Below, piece by piece: positions 1 to 7,705 of a stretch of 64,000 bases of DNA. A program made the translations under genes and the position numbers. Source of the stretch: an uncultured virus (IMG/VR IMGVR_UViG_3300020187_000012) (taxonomy: Duplodnaviria > Heunggongvirae > Uroviricota > Caudoviricetes); the IMG/VR virus record IMGVR_UViG_3300020187_000012, positions 1 through 64,000 of that record; one strand, given 5' to 3'. Numbering within the stretch: the first letter of the stretch is position 1; every line of letters begins with the position of its first letter. The notes under the pieces were generated by a model. It was not told the origin of the DNA and ran no database searches. It worked only from the letters and a program-made list of their open reading frames with translations.

Positions 1-58
1 CGAGGGCCAACTAACACACACGCCGCGGTTGCGATTACCCCCGGTCGGCTAGGCCCCT

Positions 59-95
59 TAAAGCAAAGAAGGGACCCCCATTGCTGAGAGTCCCT
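59..95 (-). terminator. Intrinsic terminator after the RadA-like gene
   Basis: Minus strand reads AGGGACTCTCA-GCAA-TGGGGGTCCCT followed by TCTTTGCTTT. Confidence 0.7.
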
Positions 96-125
96 GAAGG
101 GTAATCAATCCTTATGTTTGGTAGT

Positions 126-1157
126 TTAGAGTTCTACGCTATCTTTAGTGTCTTCTGTGACTTTGTCAAATCCGAATAGTCTGTCGAAAGCGGCGCCTTC
201 GGTTTCCAGTTGTTTACGTTCTTCTTTGAGTAGTTCGTCGTTGGCTATATCTGTTTCGAATCGGGCTTCGTTAAATTGTATGCCTTCATCGAATGAGAAG
301 TAGAGTTTTTTGTTTACGTCGCCTACACGGTTTTTTGAGAACTCTAGGAACCTACGGCCGTTCTCACCACCTTCCCAGTCTAGCTTCATCATTGAGGTGG
401 TCATGTGTTTGAGTTTGTTGCTTCCTACGAACTGTCCTCCTTTAGAGAGTTGGAGTATTGTAACAAAGGCGGTGTGTGCTTGGGACTTGTTGTGTTGTGT
501 CATTAGGTCTAGGAACCATTTTTCTGCTTTGCCTCGTGTCCAGCCTGTGTGTTCTTTAACGGTGTCGTTGACTTCGGTGTAGGAGTCGGTGAGTACTACG
601 TCGTATCCTTCTTCTAGAACTTTTTCTATTACTAGGTTGGCGTGGGATTCGTAGTTGTTCATAAAGAGGATGGGGAGGCTGGCCCAATTAGGGAATCGCT
701 TAAGGTAGCGTGCCATGTCCATCTCATTCATCTCTGCTGAAATAAAGAGTACTTTGTTACCGTTGGCTTGTAGGTGCGCAAGGTGGTCAAGTAGGATTGT
801 GGTCTTACCAACCCCTGGGGCGCCGGCAGCCATGATGTTAGTTGCTGGAAGGATGCCACCGTCGTTTGATATAAGTTTATCAAAGATGGTATTGGCCTTC
901 ATAGGTATGAATAGGTCGGGGTTAATGTTAAGGTCCTCTAGTTTAGTGAGGCTTACATTAATTTGGGGTGGCAGTGTGTCTGATGTAGTAGACTTGATCT
1001 TATGGTCAGACATACGGAAACCACGTGGAGGGCCTAGCCTTTCCTTTGGTGTTCCTTTACCGTCCCAATGCACAAAAGGCTTTGTGAACGTACCGATTAA
1101 TTCAGGGCCATTGTTTACTGGGGTGGCCTTCCCGTTTTCTACTTGATATACAAACAT
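126..1157 (-). CDS. RadA/Sms-like RecA-superfamily ATPase
   Basis: Walker A GAPGVGKTT, FISAEM, Walker B VLTDS, GSNKLKHMTT and FSKNR (RadA KNRFG-like); lacks the Zn finger and Lon-like C domain. Confidence 0.75.
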   Translation of the reverse strand: MFVYQVENGKATPVNNGPELIGTFTKPFVHWDGKGTPKERLGPPRGFRMSDHKIKSTTSDTLPPQINVSLTKLEDLNINPDLFIPMKANTIFDKLISNDGGILPATNIMAAGAPGVGKTTILLDHLAHLQANGNKVLFISAEMNEMDMARYLKRFPNWASLPILFMNNYESHANLVIEKVLEEGYDVVLTDSYTEVNDTVKEHTGWTRGKAEKWFLDLMTQHNKSQAHTAFVTILQLSKGGQFVGSNKLKHMTTSMMKLDWEGGENGRRFLEFSKNRVGDVNKKLYFSFDEGIQFNEARFETDIANDELLKEERKQLETEGAAFDRLFGFDKVTEDTKDSVEL

Positions 1158-1164
1158 AATTATT

Positions 1165-1240
1165 CCGATTGATTACATAGTAAATATAGGCAAAATAATC
1201 GACATAAAAAAGTATTTAGTCAATTATTTTAAAACTATTT
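1165..1240 (-). promoter_or_regulatory. Early promoter repeat, copy 1
   Basis: TATGTC-N7-TTGCCTATATTTACTATGTAATCAATCGG directly upstream of 126..1157. Confidence 0.8.
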
Positions 1241-1626
1241 TACAGGGCAACGGCGTCTAGAGCTTGTTGGTAGATGTACTTGTCTTGGATGAATTCAAAC
1301 TTGCTGAGGTCACCGTTACCATGACTAGGTGTAAATCCGTAAAGGGCTTCACCGAACATGCCAACCTCATCGAATCCCATTAGCTCATACATCTCACCAC
1401 TAGGGGTTACGGCCACAAGTTCACAACCCGCGGGAATACCACCTCTGTATCCTTGCATATAGATAGGAAGGAATTCAAAGCCGATAAGCTTAGCAGGGCC
1501 CCAGGCCTCTGCACTATGTTGAGGTAGTTCACCAGGCATTCCTTTAAATGGGAATACTTGACCGTTACTTTCTTTGGCAAGGAAGATGGCCTTGTTCATT
1601 AACTGAGTTGGGATTTGTACTTTCAT
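1240..1626 (-). CDS. Hypothetical early protein
   Basis: 128-aa ORF bracketed by repeat copies 1 and 2. Confidence 0.75.
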   Translation of the reverse strand: MKVQIPTQLMNKAIFLAKESNGQVFPFKGMPGELPQHSAEAWGPAKLIGFEFLPIYMQGYRGGIPAGCELVAVTPSGEMYELMGFDEVGMFGEALYGFTPSHGNGDLSKFEFIQDKYIYQQALDAVAL

Positions 1627-1632
1627 GATTTA

Positions 1633-1726
1633 TTCTTTAGTGGGTTTCCCCGATTGATTACATAGTAAATATAGGCAAAATAAACGACATAAAAAAACTT
1701 TAGGTCAATTACTTTCAAACTATTTT
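1633..1726 (-). promoter_or_regulatory. Early promoter repeat, copy 2 (with GGG-GAAA-CCC hairpin)
   Basis: Near-identical to the other copies. Confidence 0.8.
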
Positions 1727-1744
1727 ACTCAGTCTCCGTAACCT

Positions 1745-2347
1745 TTATTTTTTATTATCTTCAATCATCATATCAACAACCTTAGCAATGTGCTTATCAG
1801 AAGCACCGAATGACTTAGCATGTTTAACAGCACCCTCAAAGTCTTGTTGACCGAAAACATAAGGACAATCATCTGACATCATTTCCGTTATCATTTTATA
1901 AACTGAAGGAAGACTAGCATGCTTAGGTGTGTCAGTAACGTGGAAGTACTTAAGACTTGCATCTATTTCGTATCCCTCTGGAGTCATAATGTCATCAGCT
2001 TCGTTATGCTCATACATGTCTATCATACCATTAAAGCGTCCGTAAACAAATTGGTCACCGAAAGATTGAATATCTTTAACAACCTCGTCTGATGCATGGC
2101 GTCCACGTTCATCTGTTAGATAGACACTACAAGAGTTACCCATAGAGAATGAATTACTCGAAGTCATACAGGTTACTCCTGGATGTTGTTGCTTTGCGTA
2201 TTGTTTAACAACACTAGATACAGCCGCATGATCCATATATAATTTAGGATTCTTTAGTGGTTTGCCGTAAAAGTCTGTGGTACGTACGAAGCGGTTAGCA
2301 ACGTTGAACTTGATGCCGTTGATTGTGAATTGTGTTTTATTTTTCAT
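1745..2347 (-). CDS. LPD29-like (large polyvalent protein domain) early protein
   Basis: HPGV..SSNSFSMGNS..V and YGRFNGMIDMYE motifs resemble LPD29. Confidence 0.55.
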   Translation of the reverse strand: MKNKTQFTINGIKFNVANRFVRTTDFYGKPLKNPKLYMDHAAVSSVVKQYAKQQHPGVTCMTSSNSFSMGNSCSVYLTDERGRHASDEVVKDIQSFGDQFVYGRFNGMIDMYEHNEADDIMTPEGYEIDASLKYFHVTDTPKHASLPSVYKMITEMMSDDCPYVFGQQDFEGAVKHAKSFGASDKHIAKVVDMMIEDNKK

Positions 2348-2360
2348 TTCTTTTTTCTTA

Positions 2361-2448
2361 AGTGGGTTTCCCCGATTGATTACATAGTAAATATAGGCAA
2401 AATAGTTGACATAAAAAAGTTTTTAGCCAACTATTTTCAAATTATTTT
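2361..2448 (-). promoter_or_regulatory. Early promoter repeat, copy 3
   Basis: 2 mismatches over 76 nt to copy 8 on the opposite strand. Confidence 0.8.
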
Positions 2449-2828
2449 ACTGCAACTGAATGTGCACCTAAACTACCTTTCCAAATTGGAGCGCCTTCAT
2501 ATACACGTGAGGTCAACTTAAATTCAAAACGACGTGAGTGGCCAACTTCAGGATTCTCTTCAGCAATATCAATGATCTCGTATGCTTCAGCAATATATGT
2601 CGCGACCTTCTCACCATGTAAGATACCCGATACTGTTACGGGTAAACCTTTTTCAAAGGCTTCTATTAATGTCTGCTCTTCTTCTTTATAGAAGTACCAT
2701 GCCCGGGCAATACACCCTTTAAGGCTACGACCGGTGAATTCACCTTTAGTATTATAGCTACGATTGACACTAACGAAAATGTTAACACCTTCGTTAAACT
2801 TGTTTGGATTGTAAATAACTTTACTCAT
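2442..2828 (-). CDS. Hypothetical early protein (start reassigned to MSKVIY)
   Basis: ATG at 2828 lies just downstream of repeat copy 4; the longer track ORF merely reads through the repeat. Confidence 0.7.
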   Translation of the reverse strand: MSKVIYNPNKFNEGVNIFVSVNRSYNTKGEFTGRSLKGCIARAWYFYKEEEQTLIEAFEKGLPVTVSGILHGEKVATYIAEAYEIIDIAEENPEVGHSRRFEFKLTSRVYEGAPIWKGSLGAHSVAVK

Positions 2829-2834
2829 GATTAT

Positions 2835-2922
2835 TTCTTTAGTGGGTTTCCCCGATTGATTACATAGTAAATATAGGCAATTCCGGCGACATAAAAAAAC
2901 TTTTGGACAATTATTTTCAAAA
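2835..2922 (-). promoter_or_regulatory. Early promoter repeat, copy 4
   Basis: 2835-2880 is a perfect 46-bp inverted repeat of 3011-3056. Confidence 0.8.
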
Positions 2923-2963
2923 TAAATTGCAAGTAAGTACCTTATATTATATTGAAGAACAGA

Positions 2964-3056
2964 AAAAAGTTTCAAAAAAAAGAGCAAAAAGTTTTTTTAT
3001 GTCAATTATTTTGCCTATATTTACTATGTAATCAATCGGGGAAACCCACTAAAGAA
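2964..3056 (+). promoter_or_regulatory. Early promoter repeat, copy 5
   Basis: AAAAGTTTTTTTATGTC-AATTATT-TTGCCTATATTTACTATGTAATCAATCGGGGAAACCCACTAAAGAA. Confidence 0.8.
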
Positions 3057-3064
3057 CTAATCAA

Positions 3065-3379
3065 ATGACAACAGAACAGCTTAAAGAGATCATCATGACA
3101 GGAACGCCAGCGCAAGTAGCCGCCGCCGTTAGTAATCGTAAGGAAGTAACTGAAAAGCAAGTTAGAGAATTGATAAAACCATTACGTGAACACGATGTCT
3201 ATATTGACATGGATAATATGGGTCAATCAACTTGGTATTACATATGGAAGAAGATTAATGTCAAAGGGCCCCATGATTGGACTAGAGTTAACTTAGCAGA
3301 CTGCTTCTATTGGAATAAAGGTAGTTATAACGCTGAGGGTGTACATAGCCTATATGACGAATACGGATACGCAATTTAA
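3065..3379 (+). CDS. Hypothetical early protein
   Basis: 104-aa ORF between copies 5 and 6. Confidence 0.75.
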   Translation: MTTEQLKEIIMTGTPAQVAAAVSNRKEVTEKQVRELIKPLREHDVYIDMDNMGQSTWYYIWKKINVKGPHDWTRVNLADCFYWNKGSYNAEGVHSLYDEYGYAI

Positions 3380-3463
3380 AATACTTTGAAAATAAATGGC
3401 TAAAAACTTTTTTATGTCGTTTATTTTGCCTATATTTACTATGTAATCAATCGGGGGAACCCA
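3378..3463 (+). promoter_or_regulatory. Early promoter repeat, copy 6
   Basis: Same consensus. Confidence 0.8.
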
Positions 3464-3477
3464 ATGAGACAATCCTA

Positions 3478-3717
3478 ATGAATAAAGAACTAAACGCAAT
3501 CGAAGAGGAGCTTAACCAAATCTTGGTTAACCTAAGGCTAGAGAGTCTATACGACGAACCTGTTAGTGGATACCTACTTAATGCAGGTAGCCCAGCAGCG
3601 GACTTCCTCCTGGAGTCTACTCCAAGTGAACGTGAATTCATCCTTCATAAATTGGCACCTGAGCTAATAGTAGAAGATGTATATGAAGGTAATCATATAA
3701 TTCTAAACCTTAAATAA
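3478..3717 (+). CDS. Hypothetical early protein
   Basis: 79-aa ORF after copy 6. Confidence 0.7.
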   Translation: MNKELNAIEEELNQILVNLRLESLYDEPVSGYLLNAGSPAADFLLESTPSEREFILHKLAPELIVEDVYEGNHIILNLK

Positions 3718-3720
3718 ATT

Positions 3721-4038
3721 ATGGCATTATTAAAAAATAACAAAGGAGAGTACAACTACCAGTTTAACTGGGTTGATGAAAACAACAACGTATGTGGGTT
3801 TAATGACGTGTGGGCTTTTAATAAGCGTGAGGCTATTAAAAAGGCTAAAGCTATGGAGACCGAAGCACATTGGGCATTGTACGTTGGTAATAAGTATGTC
3901 ACGGTACCTGAAGAGGTTATAGGCGAGGGACATTGCTTCCGTATGAAAGGTATGTATGTTAAGTTAGACTCTATGTACAAGGCCACTGCAGAGGAGCGTG
4001 ACGCCATGGCCCGTATAGGTTATATGATGACTAACTAA
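3721..4038 (+). CDS. Hypothetical early protein
   Basis: 105-aa ORF 3 nt after the previous stop. Confidence 0.75.
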   Translation: MALLKNNKGEYNYQFNWVDENNNVCGFNDVWAFNKREAIKKAKAMETEAHWALYVGNKYVTVPEEVIGEGHCFRMKGMYVKLDSMYKATAEERDAMARIGYMMTN

Positions 4039-4056
4039 AATTGTTAGTAACTATTA

Positions 4057-4106
4057 GGCTAAAAGCTTTTTTATATCAACTTAATTGCCTATATTTATAG
4101 TATAAT
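4057..4106 (+). promoter_or_regulatory. Early promoter repeat, copy 7 (diverged)
   Basis: GGCTAAAAGCTTTTTTATATC-N7-TTGCCTATATTTATAGTATAAT. Confidence 0.7.
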
Positions 4107-4121
4107 AAAAGAGAAACTAAT

Positions 4122-4430
4122 ATGAACATTAAAGAGCAAATCGAAAACTGGATTCCAGTAGCCCAAGCTAAATGTAACAGCTATTACCCAGAACAGTGGC
4201 AATCACAAGCTCCTGTACTCACCGTATCATATGGACGTAAGTACGCCAAGATTATGGATGAGTACTCAACATGGGGCTTCATAGCCTTAAAAGATGATCC
4301 TAGTAAAGGGCAAGTTACAGGAGACCTTTTAAAGCCGGCTTCGTGGGCAACACCTACAAGACACTCGAGAGGTAACATATTAAACGGTACAGCAGTGTAC
4401 AATCAGTTCGGACCAGCTTACTTAAAATAA
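4122..4430 (+). CDS. Conserved phage protein of unknown function
   Basis: GRKYAKI...GFI...GDLLKPASWATP...RGNI pattern recurs in T4-like phage early proteins. Confidence 0.7.
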   Translation: MNIKEQIENWIPVAQAKCNSYYPEQWQSQAPVLTVSYGRKYAKIMDEYSTWGFIALKDDPSKGQVTGDLLKPASWATPTRHSRGNILNGTAVYNQFGPAYLK

Positions 4431-4499
4431 TTTGAAAATAGTTGGCTAAAAGTTTTTTTATGTCAACTATTTTGCCTATATTTACTATGTAATCAATCG
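4424..4499 (+). promoter_or_regulatory. Early promoter repeat, copy 8
   Basis: Same consensus; overlaps the stop of the upstream ORF. Confidence 0.8.
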
Positions 4500-4507
4500 T
4501 AATAAAT

Positions 4508-4744
4508 ATGAACTATATCAAATCATTCATCAATCGTAACCAGGGTCTCACAACCTTAATGGCTACCTTAATCATTTTAGCAACTGGGTGTATCCTATTA
4601 CCTATCGCGGTAACCCTAGCATGTAGGGGTCTATTATACATGATTAACCAACCAGTTAACTCATTATTCATTATAGGTGCCTACCTATTTGGTATATTAA
4701 GTAATGAGCTCGCAGGAACGCTTGATAAAAAAGTTTCAAAATAA
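4508..4744 (+). CDS. Small membrane protein (two hydrophobic segments)
   Basis: LTTLMATLIILATGCILLPIAVTLAC and LFIIGAYLFGIL. Confidence 0.7.
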   Translation: MNYIKSFINRNQGLTTLMATLIILATGCILLPIAVTLACRGLLYMINQPVNSLFIIGAYLFGILSNELAGTLDKKVSK

Positions 4745-4817
4745 TTGACTAAAAGTTTTTTTATGTCAACTATTTTGCCTATATTTACTATGTAATCAAT
4801 CGGGGAAACCCACTAAA
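4728..4817 (+). promoter_or_regulatory. Early promoter repeat, copy 9
   Basis: Same consensus with hairpin; supplies the stop of 4508..4744. Confidence 0.8.
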
Positions 4818-4833
4818 CAAATAAAAATCGCTT

Positions 4834-5250
4834 ATGGCAACTATCAAAGAATTCAACAAACAAAACCTAAAGAGCCTTCGTCAAGACATGAACGCTGCAC
4901 TTGCTAAACTAGAAAAGCAGTACGGTATTCAAATCAATGTAGGTAACGCTAGCTATAGTGACAATGAGGTAACCTTTAAAACTAAGTGTAATACAGTTAG
5001 TAAAGAGGGAACTGCTATCACTAAAGAAGCCCAAAACTGGCCCCTCTATGCAGAGCTTAATGGTGTAAGCCAATTCTCTATCGGCGACCGTATCGCCCTC
5101 CAAGGTAAAATCTTCTCTATCGAAGGCTGGAACACACGTGCTAAGAAAGCCCCAGTAATGATTAAAGAAGTTGGCTCAAACAAAACCTTTAAATGTAGCG
5201 CCCAAACTCTAGCAGGTAAACTCCCTATGGTCAAAGAAACCATTAAATAA
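4834..5250 (+). CDS. Hypothetical early protein
   Basis: 138-aa ORF after copy 9. Confidence 0.75.
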   Translation: MATIKEFNKQNLKSLRQDMNAALAKLEKQYGIQINVGNASYSDNEVTFKTKCNTVSKEGTAITKEAQNWPLYAELNGVSQFSIGDRIALQGKIFSIEGWNTRAKKAPVMIKEVGSNKTFKCSAQTLAGKLPMVKETIK

Positions 5251-5262
5251 ACAACCCCCACA

Positions 5263-5293
5263 GAAGCCCTATATAAAGCCTATATAGGGCTTC
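5263..5293. repeat. Perfect 13-bp inverted repeat
   Basis: GAAGCCCTATATA-AAGCC-TATATAGGGCTTC. Confidence 0.9.
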
Positions 5294-5329
5294 CCATAAA
5301 CAACCAATAATTAAAGCAATATATAAACC

Positions 5330-5485
5330 ATGAGTAAAACATTTGTATTCACACTAGAAAGAGACAACGGGTATACTTATACGTATGAAGGGACATTCGA
5401 ATCCCTAGCCCGACATATCGCAGCGCAAGATAGCCCAATTAAGGTTAACGGCGATAAGACAGCTTTCAACACTAAAGAGGCTTAA
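5330..5485 (+). CDS. Small hypothetical protein (51 aa, below track cutoff)
   Basis: MSKTFVFTLERDNGYTYTYEG... with an A-rich leader. Confidence 0.55.
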   Translation: MSKTFVFTLERDNGYTYTYEGTFESLARHIAAQDSPIKVNGDKTAFNTKEA

Positions 5486-6124
5486 AGGCCCAATCCCCCA
5501 ATTAAGGGAATGTCAACCCCCCACCCACATGTGCCAATGCGCATACTCAAGGGCTCCGGGGGCAAGTCCCCAATTTATAAATTTTTGTGTGCAAGGGTTA
5601 GGGTACCACATGACAACTAATAATAAGCAATAGGTGATAAAGAATGTGCAATATGCCAATTAACTATCACACCCCATGAAAGCTTAAAATTACCCTTGTA
5701 GGTAAATAAACCCAAGCAACGCTAATAGGAGACCCCGATACTTAGAGTCTAGGGTTTCCCTGGAAAAAACCCAGAAAAAAAGAAGTCGCCCCTACAAAAA
5801 AAATTGGGCGCCCCGTAGAAGGGGTAAAATACCCCCGAAGCGACCGTGAACTAACGGTCGATACCCATACGATACTGGAAGCTACTCAGAGTACCCATAA
5901 ACTACTGGAACCCAGAGTGTTAGACAAATACCCTCCGGTAAGTCCTCTAACCATCTGAACGGCCAGGGACCCCTTAAAACAGGCGAAGCCAATTGAGTCC
6001 CAGGCCGATACTAAAAGAATTAAAAGAACCCAGAGCACTTAGAGTACCCAGAGTAACTGCCAGACCCACAATACGGCGTGAGCCAAGTCAGTGCGCTTGG
6101 AAGGGTCGGGTGCCCGTTGCCCTT
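5486..6124. other. Non-coding, hairpin- and short-repeat-rich region
   Basis: No credible ORF; several GC-rich stems and repeated TACTGGAA, CAGAGTACCCA-like and AACCCAGAG words. Confidence 0.6.
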
Positions 6125-6152
6125 GAAACAAAAAATAATTAACCCGTATAAT
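6125..6152 (+). promoter_or_regulatory. Class II (middle-like) promoter (G/T)AAAC-N17/18-TATAA
   Basis: GAAAC-17-TATAAT. Also at 6975, 8273, 9458, 11500, 13473, 24367, 59386 and 59615, each upstream of a gene start. Confidence 0.7.
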
Positions 6153-6191
6153 AAGGGTGCCGGGAAGGTCCGGCCGAAACCTAAAGATAAT

Positions 6192-6587
6192 ATGACAATA
6201 ACACACGATGACGAGCCGATACTAACAGGCCCTATGAGTAACTCAGAGTTTTTAAAATACTTAAAGACTAGGATAGGACCGGTGAAGTTTATTGAGAGAG
6301 CAAAGAGTAAGAACCCGGTACACCCTTATTCGAACAGGGGAGAAGGTTACATCATTATGCAACTTGGCGAATTAGGCCCAGTACTATACGATAGTGTAAG
6401 AAATCCCGCGGCTTATATGTCAGCTACCGGGGCTTGGGGCCTCTTAGTAGGGCGCCACAATGATAGGGGTGAGTACTTCACTCTCGATGTTAACTGGGAG
6501 GGGGCTCTCGCCGTTATTGAAAGTAACTACAGGCCTTTCAGTCCGGAGACAGCTCTCGGTCCGGATCCCGATCCTTTACCATTTTAA
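6192..6587 (+). CDS. Hypothetical protein (start reassigned to MTITHD)
   Basis: ATG follows the class II promoter and an A-rich leader. Confidence 0.6.
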   Translation: MTITHDDEPILTGPMSNSEFLKYLKTRIGPVKFIERAKSKNPVHPYSNRGEGYIIMQLGELGPVLYDSVRNPAAYMSATGAWGLLVGRHNDRGEYFTLDVNWEGALAVIESNYRPFSPETALGPDPDPLPF

Positions 6588-6599
6588 TTTAAGCTAATT

Positions 6600-6752
6600 A
6601 TGGAATGGATTGAATCACTCGGTACTGCAAGTAAATTATTAGTTATTTTAATACTAGCGGGTTTTGCTAGCACAGTAGTTAGAATAGGCGACACGTTAAT
6701 AGATAGTATTAAGGAGTGGTATTACAATTTAAAGAATAAATTGAAAAAATAA
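6600..6752 (+). CDS. Small membrane protein (50 aa)
   Basis: MEWIESLGTASKLLVILILAGFASTVVRIG... single TM, basic C-terminus. Confidence 0.55.
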   Translation: MEWIESLGTASKLLVILILAGFASTVVRIGDTLIDSIKEWYYNLKNKLKK

Positions 6753-6929
6753 AAAATCAAAAAAATCAATTATTTATTTAGGGTACAAAAATTTCCCTAT
6801 GCAGAAAATCTTAAGGTTTATTTAAATATCGGCACATTGTGTGTAAATGTGGCGGAGTTAATTGAAAAATTAAAAAATTAAAAAAATCAATTATTTATTT
6901 GGTGGTCTAAAATTTCCCTTCGCTGAAAT
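6739..6929. repeat. Imperfect ~70-bp A-tract direct repeat, 2 copies (6739, 6860)
   Basis: AATTGAAAAA.TAAAAAAT.AAAAAAATCAATTATTTATTT.G...AAAATTTCCCT..GC.GAAA twice, period 121 bp. Confidence 0.85.
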
Positions 6930-7030
6930 AATTTTTTTTAATTTTAAAAACTTAAAGAATTGGTAGACTAAGATGAAACATTCTTTGTTTAATTAACTAT
7001 AATTATAATAGTAATAACAATAAATATAAT

Positions 7031-7258
7031 ATGGAAGATAACATTAACGAAGTAAAAATTGTTCAAGGTGACGTTTTAGCAATGACCTTTTTAACAAAAG
7101 TTTTTAACGAGGATGCGGAAACTGTTGCGACAGTTTTAGCAGCAATGTCCACTAGTGACCGTGACGAAATAATTAATCTAACGGTTGAAAAAAACCTAAC
7201 AAATGACCTAATTGAAAACGCAATTATGCAGTTTCATGCGACTAAAAAGAATTTGTAA
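7031..7258 (+). CDS. Hypothetical protein
   Basis: 75-aa ORF after the class II promoter at 6975. Confidence 0.7.
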   Translation: MEDNINEVKIVQGDVLAMTFLTKVFNEDAETVATVLAAMSTSDRDEIINLTVEKNLTNDLIENAIMQFHATKKNL

Positions 7259-7280
7259 TGGTTAATATACCCTTAAAAGA

Positions 7281-7685
7281 ATGGTAGAAGTTAACTATAC
7301 ATATCATGCAGAAGTTGTACGAGTTGTAGATGGTGATACTATCATTGCTAACGTCGATGTTGGCTTTGATATGTGGAAGCGTTGTAATATTAGATTACAT
7401 GGAATTAATACACCTGAAACTAGAACACGTGATCTTGAAGAAAAAGAAGCTGGGTTAAAAGCTAAAGACCGTCTTATTGAATTATTACAGGCTAATGATA
7501 ATAAATTTATATTAAAATCAATGGGGCTAGATAAGTATGGTAGATCTTTGGGTGTTATTTACGCAGGGTATCAAGATATCAAACCGTGGGATGACTCTTC
7601 AGAATCGCGACCAGTATTCCTTAGTTTAAATGAACTATTAATAACAGAAGGATTGGCTGTAGCATACTTCGGTGGAAAAAGATAA
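7281..7685 (+). CDS. Staphylococcal nuclease (thermonuclease)-like protein
   Basis: VVRVVDGDT, IRLHGINTPE, DKYGRSL, LNELLITEGLA. Confidence 0.9.
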   Translation: MVEVNYTYHAEVVRVVDGDTIIANVDVGFDMWKRCNIRLHGINTPETRTRDLEEKEAGLKAKDRLIELLQANDNKFILKSMGLDKYGRSLGVIYAGYQDIKPWDDSSESRPVFLSLNELLITEGLAVAYFGGKR

Positions 7686-7705
7686 AAAAGATAAAAAATA
7701 AAATT

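Noticed and set aside
2330..2987. Track ORF 2330..2521 and the N-terminal extension 2829..2987
   Set aside because: They are translations of the promoter repeat; the similar ORF 15579..15773 arises the same way
1165..4817. CRISPR array or integron attC interpretation of the repeats
   Set aside because: The spacers are 250-650 bp whole ORFs, the repeats occur on both strands and lack attC R/L box symmetry, and no cas or integrase gene is in the window
5486..6124. tRNA or tmRNA genes in the non-coding tract
   Set aside because: No cloverleaf with a T-arm GTTCRA and matching acceptor stem was found by eye here or elsewhere; tRNAscan/ARAGORN was not run
6078..6191. GTG-started N-terminal extension of 6078..6587
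   Set aside because: It runs through hairpins and the class II promoter; ATG 6192 fits better
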